DNA from: Bacilli bacterium
GTDB taxonomy: Bacteria > Bacillota_I > Bacilli_A > RF39 > UBA660
Direction: 5' to 3'
Assembly: GCA_017542465.1 (NCBI GenBank)
Contig: JAFXXB010000040.1
Coordinates: 24,301 to 88,300, forward strand
DNA length: 64,000 nt
Shown here: piece after piece, positions 45,601-55,124 of the stretch
Numbering within the stretch: position 1 is the stretch's first letter
How the letters are laid out: each line of letters starts with the position of its first letter
The notes under the pieces: generated by a model
Databases searched by the model: none
What the model was told of the DNA's origin: nothing
What the model saw: only the letters and a program-made list of their open reading frames with translations
Program-made: the position numbers and the translations under genes

Positions 45601-48600
45601 TCAGGTAAAGCTACAGTTAATGATTTATATATTAATAGAACTTATAGTTTAAAACAAATAAGTGTTAAACAACCATATATATTAGATGAAGAACAAAAGA
45701 CATTTAAAGTAAAAGACGATGAAAATAATGCTTTATCTATTGAAAGCAATGGAACATTTAAAACTATAGAATTATCTAATACAAAGAAATTAGTAATAGA
45801 TCATGAAAATGAAACAAAATATACATTAGTGATAAAGAATACAGATCTTGATACAGATGCTAATATTAGAAATGCATCATTTAAGTTAACAGGTAAAGGA
45901 TATGAAGATGGTACAATCTTAACTACAAATGCAAATGGTGAATATACATTAAAGAATGTATATTTAAATGAAAGATATACATTTGAACAAGTAACATCAG
46001 ATGGTTATTTAAGATTAACTAATAGTTTTGTTATTGATATAGTGAGAAATGATGAAACTGGTGAACCTGAGATTACTTTAACTAGAGTTCCAACATGGAC
46101 TTCACCAACAACAAGATTATTTTCTAATTATTGTGGATTAACATATTATTCTAGTGATAAATATTATACACAAGAAAACTGGGATTGTAGTTGGAATTCA
46201 GGTAGATATATATATGGATATATAAATGTTGATTTAACTGGCTTTAAAGAACAATATCAAGTATCTTATGATGTATCATGGCGTGATTCGGGTAAAGGTA
46301 CATACATGTATACTTGGATATTTGATGATAAAAGCGAATATCCTGGGCCTGGTTCTACGGGTGCAAAACCAACAATAACTATTAATTCATCTAGTTATAA
46401 TGGTTCAGAAGTAAATGGAACATTCTCTACAAATCAAATATCAAGAAAAGTTGATGGCCAATGGGTTAACTTAAACTTTATGGGTGGAAAGTCATATGAT
46501 GTGGTATTGTTTGAACGTAATGGTACAACTGGAAATGGTTTAAAAATTAGAAACATTAAAATTCAACCTGTAAGTGGTTATGATGAACAAGTAGCTCAAG
46601 AGTCTAAAATTAATGTGCCTTTAGATGATAATCAAAATGTATTACAAACTATTCAAGATAGTGATGATCAAGATTCTCCAGTATTAACAGTTCATGTTAA
46701 ATCTAAAAAGATTCCAACTTATACATTAGAAGTAACTAAAGTAGATGCTGAGACTAATGAACCATTAGCTGGCGCTCAATATAAGGTTGAGGGCCCTGGT
46801 TTAGGCTCTGGGAAATATATTACTACTGATGCAAATGGTAAAGCTTCTATAGAATTACAAAAGAAATATAACCATGATGTTATAAATGATGTTGATTATT
46901 CTCAAATTGAAAATGTATATACTATATCTGAAGCAGTAGCACCTGTTGGTTACATGATTGATCGTAATACTATTGAATTTAATGGTATCCAAGTACTATC
47001 AGATTGTACATACGAACGTAATGGGTATACATGTGATTTTTCACAAGAAAATTTAACAGCTGCTATTACTACTTCAGCAACTGGTTTTGCAACAAATACA
47101 TTTGATGCATCAACAAATACTGTTAAAGTATCACTAAAAGATTATCCAATAGTTAAGATAACTAAAAAAGACGGTGAAACTGGTGATTTACTTCCAAATA
47201 CATTATTTGCAGTATACAAAATTGTAGATTATAATGGTGTAACTGTAGATGTGCCTGCTGTTGATCAAGCTGGTAAAGTAATTGGATTAGAAGTAGAAGT
47301 AGATGGTCAAAGCTATTATGTTGTTAAGACTGATCAAAATGGTAACTTAAATTTAAATTTACCTGCTGGTCAATATAAATTACAAGAAGTTCAAGCTGCT
47401 GATGAAAAATATGAAGTAACTGATGCTAAATACTATTTTGGTGTAGGTGAAACTGTACCATATAAAGCGGAAGGTATTGAATATGTTGATCATAGCATTA
47501 GAAATTTAGAGAAGGCTGATTATGCAACGTATTATATATTTAAAGGTTTAAAGAATAACTATAGTACTGTTGATGGTGGATATATTGAAATGATTAACAG
47601 AAGCATCAACAAATATGATGCAAATGGTAATCTTGAGTGGGCCACACCTGCTAAAGCGGATTATTTCTGTTCTTCAATGTCAGAATATATATATCAAGAT
47701 GATCCTGATAGAAAGGAAATTTATCAATATAATACCGATATGTGCGAATTTTATGCATCAACAGCTAAGATAGTTGAGACTACAGATGGATATTTTGTTG
47801 CAATTTCAGATGAGTCTAGCGCTTGGGAATTTGACTTCGTAATTAAGTTAGATAAAAATGGTAATAAAGTATGGCAAAATCAAGATTATAGATACAAGTA
47901 TTTATATATGATGTATGGTAGATACGAAGCAGATTCATCTACATATCCATCATATTATAAAGTTCCAGGTGATGACTCCCATGTATATAATTCAAGTGTT
48001 TCTATTGCAGGTAATATTAACTATCCAAGTATTGGTGATATTAATATAGATGCAAATGGAAATCTTTTGATGTTTTCTGAAATAGGTACATATAATTATA
48101 CAAGTACTCAAACTATGTATGTTAATGGTGAAAATACAGGAGAATTTTCATACCATTATTATAATTATGTATATGAATTACCAGACGGAACAATCATGTA
48201 TCCTGATACTGACAATGATCATTACGTTACGTCTACTTCAACATACAATAGTGAGACTCAACAATATGAGTATTCATTTCAACCAAGTACAAATAGTAGA
48301 AACATAATGTATATTTTTAAATATGACAGTGAAGGAAATTATATAACAAATATTAATTATACTGATATGTTGATTGATAAGTTATCTGAATATGTTGTTG
48401 AAAACAATTTAGGTACAGGATATTATACAAAAAGTAGTAGTGCTTATGGAGATACTGGTTATTCATATATAGGTAGATATAATGATGGATCGATTCTAAC
48501 ATCGGCATATTATGATGGCGATTATATATTATCTCTAGATTATAATCAAAGTAATCGTAATAGTACAAATAGTACTTCAGTTCTAATGAAATTAGATGAG

Positions 48601-51600
48601 AATCTAAATCCAGTTTATGTTGTCCCTGTTGGATTAAACGGATATGCTAATGCATTATATTATACCAGCATGTCTAAATCCGTATATCCTGATAATGAAA
48701 CTGGCGGACTAATTTATGACGTTCCTTATATTACTGATTATGTTGGAATGGATCGAGACAGTAGTTCATATAAATTATTATCTCCAATGTCTTATGATAT
48801 TCAAAAAATAAGGGATTGGGATGGAAATTTAGTATATCCATCTGGAAGTTATTTAATTAAGATTGACGGACAAGGTAAATTATCACATGCTGTAGAATAT
48901 ACAAGATCTAAATATGGTGAATCTGCAGAAGCTAATGATATTTTATATGGTGAAAATAATATTGAAAAACTAAATGGAACAACAGAAGCGTTATTCTATC
49001 CTATGGAAGATAATTCTTATATTATAGCTAAAGATATATATTCTTCTAACAATGGAAATAGAATTAAACTTGCTTCAGGTGAAATGGTAACTATTAACCC
49101 TAGCACAACATCTGTTATATACAAGATTAATTCTGAGGGTAAGATTGAATGGCTTAAACAAATTTCAGGAGCTGGTCCAAATGCAACACCAGTCAACTTT
49201 AGAGCTAACGGATCATATGGTTATGTATTGTATCCGTATATTGAAACAGATGATGATGGCAATTTAGTACTTCCATTTGCTTTATATGATAAGTATTCAG
49301 AAGTTGGTAACCCTGATTTCACTACAATTACAAATGATACAACTCAATCAAATCCAACTAAATGGTTATACTTAAAATATGCTTTATCAGATGAAGTACA
49401 ACCATCAGGACCAGAAGCATATACATTAACACTAGAGAATAGAAGAAAAGAATTCAAGATAACTGCAGAAGCTAATGAAGGTGGAAAAGTAATAGTAACT
49501 AATCCAGATAATAATAATGAAGAGGTTGTTAACACTAACGCTAGTAAGAAAACAACATTAGAGACAGTAAAATATGGTGATAATAATATTTATAATATTA
49601 CTATTAAACCAGATGCTGGCTATGTTATTAAGAGTGTTAAAGTAAATGGCAAAGATATTAATTATACAGTTAATAATGATTCATCAATTACATTAAATAA
49701 GATTAATGATATTAAAGAAGAAAAGAATATTAGTATTACATATGAATATGGTATGTCTCAAGTAATTGTTAAACATTATTTATATGGTACTACTGAATCA
49801 ATCTTCAGTGATGAGATATTAACTGGACAAATATCAACATCATATACGACTGAACCAAATGTAACTGAACTATATAGTCTTGCTCAAGAGAATGGTGAAG
49901 ATATACTTCCTGATAATATGGAAGGTATATATACTGTTGAACCTATAACAGTAATTTACTATTATACTGAGAATCAAGTTGCATTAAGAATTAATTATTA
50001 TAAAGATGGAACTAGTGAAGAATTATTACCAACATCTGAAACTACTGCTCCAATTGGATCAGTATATGCAACATCAGCTGAAGTTATTCCTCATTATTCT
50101 GTATCAAGAGTACTTGGTAAAGAAAGTGGAGTCTTAAATAAAGACTTAACTGAGGTTACTTACATGTATGTTGAAGATGAAAATGCTAAGGTAGTAGTTA
50201 AATATGTTGATAAAGATACAAATGAAGCTATTGCTCCTCAAGTAGTAATGTCTCTTCCATATAATGAAGAATATACAACTAATAATGATGTAACAATTCC
50301 AAGTAATTATAGATATGCTTATTCTACACCTAATACAACTGGTAGAGCAGAACAAGCATTAACAGAAGTAATATATTACTATGAAAAGATACCATTTAAT
50401 ATAAGTGTTTATAAGAAGATTAATCGTTTAGTTATTAATAACGTTAATATTCCTATATATGATGAAAAGAACATGAATATCAGACCAGAAAAAACTGATG
50501 AAGTAACAGTTGATTATGCAATCATAGTTAAGAATACTGGTGACATTAAATCAACATTTAAAGTTGATGAAGAAGATATATTAGGATTCGTTATTAGTGA
50601 TAAGAAAGAATTTAATATATCTGGTGATAAATATGAAGTAAATGTTGAATTAGAGCCAGGTGAAGAGAAGACTTATAATATTACTTATAAATGGAATCAA
50701 AAGAGTTATGGTATAAGCACTAATAATGTATCATTGAAAGATGTATCAAATGATTTAGGATTTGATGAACCTGATTCAGATGATAATAATTCTTCAGCAA
50801 CAATTAAAGTGAATAAACCTGATACTCCACCACCAGCAACTGTACCAACAAAGAAAACAACAACTACAACAACAACAACTGAGGCTCCAACAACTGAAGA
50901 GTCTACAACTACAACAAGAAGAAAAACAACAACAAAGGCTCCTGAAGTTAAGGGTGAAGAAGTAGTTAAGAAACCATTCCCATGGTGGATAATTATAGTA
51001 GCTGTAACTGGTATTGGAATAATAGGATTATTAATCTGGTTATTACCAATCTTATTAAGAAAGACAGTTCTTGTAGCAATCTCTGGTAGTGTAGGTTCCG
51101 CAGTAGCAGCTAAGTTATTACAAGAAAGACAATGCAAAGTAACAGGTTTATTCATTAATAATGGAACTAACCTAGGACAATTAACTTATGCTAAACAAGT
51201 ATGTAGTAAATTAGGTATTGATCTATACGAAGAAGCTATAGATAAACAAAAGATTGTTGAAGCTATTGCTCACAGTCCAAATGAAGATTTAGATAAGATA
51301 TATAATAAAGTATTAATAGATACATTAAGAGATGTAGCTAAAGAACAACATATTAAATATATCTCAACAGGTACATATGCAACTAAGAAAGGTAACAGAA
51401 TTGAACCTGGTATAAATCAAGTATTTGATGAATCAACTAAGTTATCATTATTAACTGATGAAGATATAAAGAAATTATTATTACCACTTGGTGAAATAGA
51501 ATATCAAGAGATTAATAAAATAGCAGAACAAAACAATATAAACTATAATAGTAATAAACAAACTGCTATAGAAAAATTAGGTAATAATAATATACCTTCA

Positions 51601-51615
51601 AATGATAATAAATAA
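42622..51615 (+). CDS. giant (~3000 aa) membrane-anchored surface protein with a cytoplasmic MnmA-like tail; domains are Cna-B/SpaA-like, beta-propeller-like and MucBP-like
   Basis: ATG 42622 precedes the N-terminal signal-anchor 'FKILAILSVIILFIFGFIIF'. Prealbumin/Cna-B-like units include 'YTLEVTKVDAETNEPLAGAQYKVEG...TTDANGKASI' and 'VKITKKDGETGDLLPNTLFAVYK...KTDQNGNLNLNLPAGQYKLQE'. W/Y-rich repeats occur ('NGNLEWA', 'NGNKVWQ', 'EGKIEWLKQ'). There are three MucBP-like units ('VIVKHYLYGT...', 'LRINYYKDGT...', 'VVVKYVDKDT...'). A Thr-rich stalk and the TM 'WWIIIVAVTGIGIIGLLIWLLPILL' follow. No LPxTG motif is present. Confidence 0.8.
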   Translation: MKDFFKVHYFKILAILSVIILFIFGFIIFSGKMNKTLADNQNRQHTYARYNEGDEAIQGTEYVTFDAFFLDDYDNDGNADIVRGSDIEIGQTDKLYFELKVLGDVKLINGKITFVNSNARVAGVLNKGALVSSNQSSTDFKTITLNELNNGLTITKPMNIYARLTDDLTSYSGINQVVLTGTVTDLYGNVLADIEKTVDYTVDWYGDNVTATVTGSGKFDEIHPNQNPVVNYTVTSSETAGQLFLKTAYLEGTVSQLNGRDPESVEIYGSDITYDYNPTTRKFTITKESELDGTLLTKKAYDYKNELVSYNNYQVRVTYPYDETDEEGFTSLSVSSWYDAYNNDMGVDSVKTSTKASRIISASFVNQKPGGSLPIDRRNSISVGTKSTILDANYVDKTEATSIYNGANIEEPFEDYRVNWHVYVPSILNDENKGGMTYTLKLEDNNGDKLNNTFAFRNYVKYKSISVTGLASALNVNGTIRVVNADTHEVVHVFYAGNWNTPYTFESDVRSIELYVNGFNYIKEYVDANNYRSQLSFGVNMTKTIDNNSIVQYIPQEDFETYGTITSIMNQTIYNGNEIVKYNNLDTNSYTGYASYVNAESQAYLSISRSQVYTTEESEVTFTITTNELDDISRGFKDGEYFILMPTEILNAKIVSVTAAEGNATIVGSSVGTTSDGRKYIKLITSNSSPGKQKLNIKAKLLPDPRKTDKGVSFTLYAYNPNCHNYRYKATDTFDINGNNDKEEKVSYATASLTLSAPNEMITTSILKMYDNSGNIIVAPLIAEVDPVEYDPEATVEVGLTNNSEFSVDNVRVVGKLAYYDNTYVIGEGSLGSQYNVQMTSDGITYPEELEGKIHIYYSEVETPTDDLNNSANGWTTKENTDFTKVKSYLIVLDNYTMARGKSLTFSYNIEMPMNTADINKVTYFTHGVYYNLITEAGLHASSVGGSKLGIRMSRQYNLELTNLKSYGERIIDGSKYILEDDEGNQTILSTNASGKATVNDLYINRTYSLKQISVKQPYILDEEQKTFKVKDDENNALSIESNGTFKTIELSNTKKLVIDHENETKYTLVIKNTDLDTDANIRNASFKLTGKGYEDGTILTTNANGEYTLKNVYLNERYTFEQVTSDGYLRLTNSFVIDIVRNDETGEPEITLTRVPTWTSPTTRLFSNYCGLTYYSSDKYYTQENWDCSWNSGRYIYGYINVDLTGFKEQYQVSYDVSWRDSGKGTYMYTWIFDDKSEYPGPGSTGAKPTITINSSSYNGSEVNGTFSTNQISRKVDGQWVNLNFMGGKSYDVVLFERNGTTGNGLKIRNIKIQPVSGYDEQVAQESKINVPLDDNQNVLQTIQDSDDQDSPVLTVHVKSKKIPTYTLEVTKVDAETNEPLAGAQYKVEGPGLGSGKYITTDANGKASIELQKKYNHDVINDVDYSQIENVYTISEAVAPVGYMIDRNTIEFNGIQVLSDCTYERNGYTCDFSQENLTAAITTSATGFATNTFDASTNTVKVSLKDYPIVKITKKDGETGDLLPNTLFAVYKIVDYNGVTVDVPAVDQAGKVIGLEVEVDGQSYYVVKTDQNGNLNLNLPAGQYKLQEVQAADEKYEVTDAKYYFGVGETVPYKAEGIEYVDHSIRNLEKADYATYYIFKGLKNNYSTVDGGYIEMINRSINKYDANGNLEWATPAKADYFCSSMSEYIYQDDPDRKEIYQYNTDMCEFYASTAKIVETTDGYFVAISDESSAWEFDFVIKLDKNGNKVWQNQDYRYKYLYMMYGRYEADSSTYPSYYKVPGDDSHVYNSSVSIAGNINYPSIGDINIDANGNLLMFSEIGTYNYTSTQTMYVNGENTGEFSYHYYNYVYELPDGTIMYPDTDNDHYVTSTSTYNSETQQYEYSFQPSTNSRNIMYIFKYDSEGNYITNINYTDMLIDKLSEYVVENNLGTGYYTKSSSAYGDTGYSYIGRYNDGSILTSAYYDGDYILSLDYNQSNRNSTNSTSVLMKLDENLNPVYVVPVGLNGYANALYYTSMSKSVYPDNETGGLIYDVPYITDYVGMDRDSSSYKLLSPMSYDIQKIRDWDGNLVYPSGSYLIKIDGQGKLSHAVEYTRSKYGESAEANDILYGENNIEKLNGTTEALFYPMEDNSYIIAKDIYSSNNGNRIKLASGEMVTINPSTTSVIYKINSEGKIEWLKQISGAGPNATPVNFRANGSYGYVLYPYIETDDDGNLVLPFALYDKYSEVGNPDFTTITNDTTQSNPTKWLYLKYALSDEVQPSGPEAYTLTLENRRKEFKITAEANEGGKVIVTNPDNNNEEVVNTNASKKTTLETVKYGDNNIYNITIKPDAGYVIKSVKVNGKDINYTVNNDSSITLNKINDIKEEKNISITYEYGMSQVIVKHYLYGTTESIFSDEILTGQISTSYTTEPNVTELYSLAQENGEDILPDNMEGIYTVEPITVIYYYTENQVALRINYYKDGTSEELLPTSETTAPIGSVYATSAEVIPHYSVSRVLGKESGVLNKDLTEVTYMYVEDENAKVVVKYVDKDTNEAIAPQVVMSLPYNEEYTTNNDVTIPSNYRYAYSTPNTTGRAEQALTEVIYYYEKIPFNISVYKKINRLVINNVNIPIYDEKNMNIRPEKTDEVTVDYAIIVKNTGDIKSTFKVDEEDILGFVISDKKEFNISGDKYEVNVELEPGEEKTYNITYKWNQKSYGISTNNVSLKDVSNDLGFDEPDSDDNNSSATIKVNKPDTPPPATVPTKKTTTTTTTTEAPTTEESTTTTRRKTTTKAPEVKGEEVVKKPFPWWIIIVAVTGIGIIGLLIWLLPILLRKTVLVAISGSVGSAVAAKLLQERQCKVTGLFINNGTNLGQLTYAKQVCSKLGIDLYEEAIDKQKIVEAIAHSPNEDLDKIYNKVLIDTLRDVAKEQHIKYISTGTYATKKGNRIEPGINQVFDESTKLSLLTDEDIKKLLLPLGEIEYQEINKIAEQNNINYNSNKQTAIEKLGNNNIPSNDNK

Positions 51616-51617
51616 TA

Positions 51618-51650
51618 AAAGGATATTAGTTTAAACTAATATCTTTTTTA
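51618..51650 (+). terminator. rho-independent terminator
   Basis: GATATTAGT-ttaa-ACTAATATC followed by T6. Confidence 0.75.
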
Positions 51651-51754
51651 TTTTATAAGAGTTTTCAACACTATTAACAAATTATAGATATAAGGCTAAA
51701 AACATAGATTTTAAGCACTATTTTTTATATAATAATGTGTAGGAGGTAGTAGGT

Positions 51755-52192
51755 ATGAAAGTAATATTACTCCAAGATGTTAAGAAACAAGGTAAGAAAG
51801 ATGAAATAATTAATGTTTCAGATGGATATGCCAATAACTTCTTGATTGCTAAGGGCTTAGCTGTACCTTATAATGAAGCTAATAAAAAACAATTAGAAAG
51901 AACTATTAATAAAAGAGAACAAGCTGAAGAAAACTTAATAGAAGAGATGACTCTATTAAAGAATAAATTAGAGAAAACTAGTATTAAGTTTAAAGTTAAA
52001 ACTGGTAAAGATGGAAGAATGTTTGGAACAATAACATCTAAACAAATATGTGATGAATTAAAGAATAAAGGATTTGATATTGATAAGAAAAAGATATCAT
52101 GTGATCATACAATAGAATCACTTGGTACACATGTTGTTAATATTGAATTACATAAGAAGGTAGTTGCCAAGATTAATGTTAATGTAGAATAG
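51755..52192 (+). CDS. rplI: 50S ribosomal protein L9
   Basis: The N-terminus is '[39 protein letters not shown]'. The RBS is TAGGAGGT. Confidence 0.93.
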   Translation: MKVILLQDVKKQGKKDEIINVSDGYANNFLIAKGLAVPYNEANKKQLERTINKREQAEENLIEEMTLLKNKLEKTSIKFKVKTGKDGRMFGTITSKQICDELKNKGFDIDKKKISCDHTIESLGTHVVNIELHKKVVAKINVNVE

Positions 52193-52203
52193 GAGGAAAA
52201 ATC

Positions 52204-53556
52204 ATGAACAACCAAGAACCAAGAAACATCGAAGCTGAAATGAATGCTTTAGGATGCGCTTATCTTAATCAAAGTGCATTAGATAAAGTATGTGATGAAT
52301 TATCTCCAGATATGTTCTACGATAAAAAGAATCAAGTAATATTCTCTGCTTTAAAAGAGTTAAGAGGTAGAAATGATAATGTTGATTCAACTATCTTAAA
52401 GAATGAAATTGAAAAGACTACACCTATTAATTCTGTAGGTGGAGTTGAGTATTTATCTGAAGTAATTGATTCTGTAGTAACATCTGCAAATGTTGATACT
52501 TATATAGATATTATTAAAGATAAATATTTAAGAAGAAAATTAATTGATACATGTACTAAGATTACCAAGAATGCTATGGATGAAAATAATAGTCAAGGTG
52601 AATTAATAGATTCAGCTGAGAAAGAAATATTCTCTGTAGCTAAACAAAGAAAATCTGGTGAGTTTAAGACTGCTGCAATGGTTGTAGCATCTGCTAAGAG
52701 ACAATTAGATGAGATGGCTAAAAATGGTAAGGATATTACAGGTATCCCTACAGGATTTATTGATTTTGATAAATTAACTACTGGATTACATCCTAATGAA
52801 TTAATTATCTTAGCTGCTCGTCCTGGTATGGGTAAAACTGCATTTGCATTAAATATTGCAGTTAATGCAGCTCTTCAATCTAATAAAGCTGTAGCTGTAT
52901 TCAACTTAGAAATGTCAGATGTTCAATTAATGTATAGAATGATAGCAGCTCAAGGTGCTGTTGATGGTTATAAATTAAAGACTGGTAAATTAAACAATGA
53001 TGATTGGAAAAGAGTTAATCAAGCAATGGATATATTATCTGATGCTCCAATTTATATTGAAGATACACCAGGTATAACTATTGGTGAACTTAGAGCTAAA
53101 TGTAGAAGATTAGCTGAGAAAGCTAATTTAGGATTAATCATAATCGACTACTTACAATTATTATCTGGTGGTTCTAATTATGGAACTAACAGACAACAAG
53201 AGGTATCTGATATCTCACGTAATCTTAAAACTATGGCTATGGAATTAGGTGTTCCTGTTATAGCATTAGCTCAATTATCTCGTTCTGTTGAAGGAAGAGA
53301 AGATAAGAGACCAATGTTACAAGATTTAAGGGAATCTGGTTCAATAGAGCAAGATGCCGACTTAGTTGGTTTCTTATATAGAGATGATTATTATAAGAAA
53401 AAAGAAGGACAAGCTGAAAATCCAATTTCACTTGTTGAATTAATAATTGCTAAGCATAGATCAGGTTCAACTGATACTATATATTTACAATTTGAAAAGA
53501 GCATATCAGAATTTAGAACATCAGTGCAACATCCAGATAATAAGAATGAGGAATAA
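52204..53556 (+). CDS. dnaB: replicative DNA helicase
   Basis: The N-terminus is 'EPRNIEAEMNALGCAYLNQ'. Walker A is 'ARPGMGKTAFALNIA'. 'IIIDYLQLL' and 'ALAQLSRSVE' are also present. Confidence 0.93.
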   Translation: MNNQEPRNIEAEMNALGCAYLNQSALDKVCDELSPDMFYDKKNQVIFSALKELRGRNDNVDSTILKNEIEKTTPINSVGGVEYLSEVIDSVVTSANVDTYIDIIKDKYLRRKLIDTCTKITKNAMDENNSQGELIDSAEKEIFSVAKQRKSGEFKTAAMVVASAKRQLDEMAKNGKDITGIPTGFIDFDKLTTGLHPNELIILAARPGMGKTAFALNIAVNAALQSNKAVAVFNLEMSDVQLMYRMIAAQGAVDGYKLKTGKLNNDDWKRVNQAMDILSDAPIYIEDTPGITIGELRAKCRRLAEKANLGLIIIDYLQLLSGGSNYGTNRQQEVSDISRNLKTMAMELGVPVIALAQLSRSVEGREDKRPMLQDLRESGSIEQDADLVGFLYRDDYYKKKEGQAENPISLVELIIAKHRSGSTDTIYLQFEKSISEFRTSVQHPDNKNEE

Positions 53557-53571
53557 TAGGAAGTGTTCTAA

Positions 53572-55086
53572 ATGAAAGAAAAAGTAATAGGAACATTAAT
53601 AACTGTCTTTATTGCTTTATTTGTACTTGTAGTATCTATTGGTACTAAATCATTAGGAGAACCTAATGAAGTATATCAAGTATATTTAAATGGTAAGAAG
53701 ATTGGTTTAATTCAATCTAAAGATAGTTTATTAAGTCTTATAGATAAAGAACAAGCTAGTATTAAAGATAAATTTAATGTAGATAAAGTATATCCTCCTT
53801 CAGGATTAAACATTGAGAAAACATATACTTATAATAATAATTTAAGTGAGACTGAAGATATATATAATCAAATAAAAGAGTCTGACCCATTTACTATTAA
53901 AGGATATGTAGTAACAATTAATTATAATAATGAAGGTAAGGATGAAGATGAAATAAAAGAACCATTAAAGATAAATTTAATGGATTCTAGTCTTATTAAA
54001 ACATCTCTACATGAAGTAGCTGAAACTTTTATTGGTAAGGATGAATTAAAATTATATGAGAATAATACTCAAAGTGAAATAACAGATACAGGTGAAATAA
54101 TCACATCTGCTTATTTTGCTGAGACAATTACAATAAAAGAATCTTTAATGTCTACAAGTGAAAAGATATTTAATAATACAGATGATTTAACGCAATTCTT
54201 AATGTATGGTTCAAGTGAAGATCAACCTCAATACAAAGTTAAGGTTGGTGAAGATCTTAATTCAATAGCTGAAGATCATAAATTAAATATAGCAGAATTA
54301 TTAATAGCAAATCCTAAATATCCATCAGGTAATGCTTTAATAGCACCAGGTGATATATTAAATGTAGGATTAATTAATCCTGTTGTAAGTTTTACTTATA
54401 GAAAAACAGTAGTAAGTAATGAAAAGGTACCATATAAAACAGAATATGTTGAAGATGATAATAAATATACTAGTTATCGTGAAACTAAGACAAAAGGTGT
54501 AGATGGAATAAGTAAGGTTACTCAAGATGCATTATATGTTAATGGTGAAGTTAAGAACCTTAGAATTGTAACTTCAGAGGTTGTTAAAGAACCAATTAAT
54601 GAAGTAATTGTTAAAGGAACTAAGAAAGAACGTTCTTATGGTAACTATAATAGTATCACATTCTCAAGTGGTGATTATAGTTGGCCTACATTATCACCAT
54701 TTATGATAGTTTCAAGATTTGAATATAGATGGGGTGTATTCCATAGAGGTATAGATATAACTGGTGCCGGAGGAGGTTCTGGTTATGGTTCTCCTATATT
54801 TGCTATAAGAGATGGTGTAGTTTATAAAACAGGTACTGGCGTTAAAGAGGGTAATTATATTATAATTAAACATGAGGGTAATATATATAGCCAATACATG
54901 CATTTATCTAAGATAGGTGTATCAACTGGCCAAAGTGTTAAAAAGGAACAAAAGATTGGCCAAATGGGACATACAGGTAAAGGTGTAACTGGTACACACT
55001 TGCATTTAGGTATATGGATAGGAGCTCCTCCATACTTACCTGGTTCTACTGTAGTTGACCCATGTAAGAGTGTATTTAGATGTTAA
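53572..55086 (+). CDS. membrane-anchored LysM-G5-M23 peptidoglycan metalloendopeptidase (tandem paralog 1)
   Basis: An N-terminal TM comes first. The LysM domain is 'YKVKVGEDLNSIAEDHKLNIAELLIANP'. The G5-like region is 'KVPYKTEYVEDDNKY...KGVDGISKV...VKGTK'. The M23 motifs are 'HRGIDI' and 'GHTG...GTHLHLGI'. Confidence 0.85.
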   Translation: MKEKVIGTLITVFIALFVLVVSIGTKSLGEPNEVYQVYLNGKKIGLIQSKDSLLSLIDKEQASIKDKFNVDKVYPPSGLNIEKTYTYNNNLSETEDIYNQIKESDPFTIKGYVVTINYNNEGKDEDEIKEPLKINLMDSSLIKTSLHEVAETFIGKDELKLYENNTQSEITDTGEIITSAYFAETITIKESLMSTSEKIFNNTDDLTQFLMYGSSEDQPQYKVKVGEDLNSIAEDHKLNIAELLIANPKYPSGNALIAPGDILNVGLINPVVSFTYRKTVVSNEKVPYKTEYVEDDNKYTSYRETKTKGVDGISKVTQDALYVNGEVKNLRIVTSEVVKEPINEVIVKGTKKERSYGNYNSITFSSGDYSWPTLSPFMIVSRFEYRWGVFHRGIDITGAGGGSGYGSPIFAIRDGVVYKTGTGVKEGNYIIIKHEGNIYSQYMHLSKIGVSTGQSVKKEQKIGQMGHTGKGVTGTHLHLGIWIGAPPYLPGSTVVDPCKSVFRC

Positions 55087-55124
55087 TATTATATTTAACT
55101 TGAGTAAAAAGGAAGTGTAATTAT

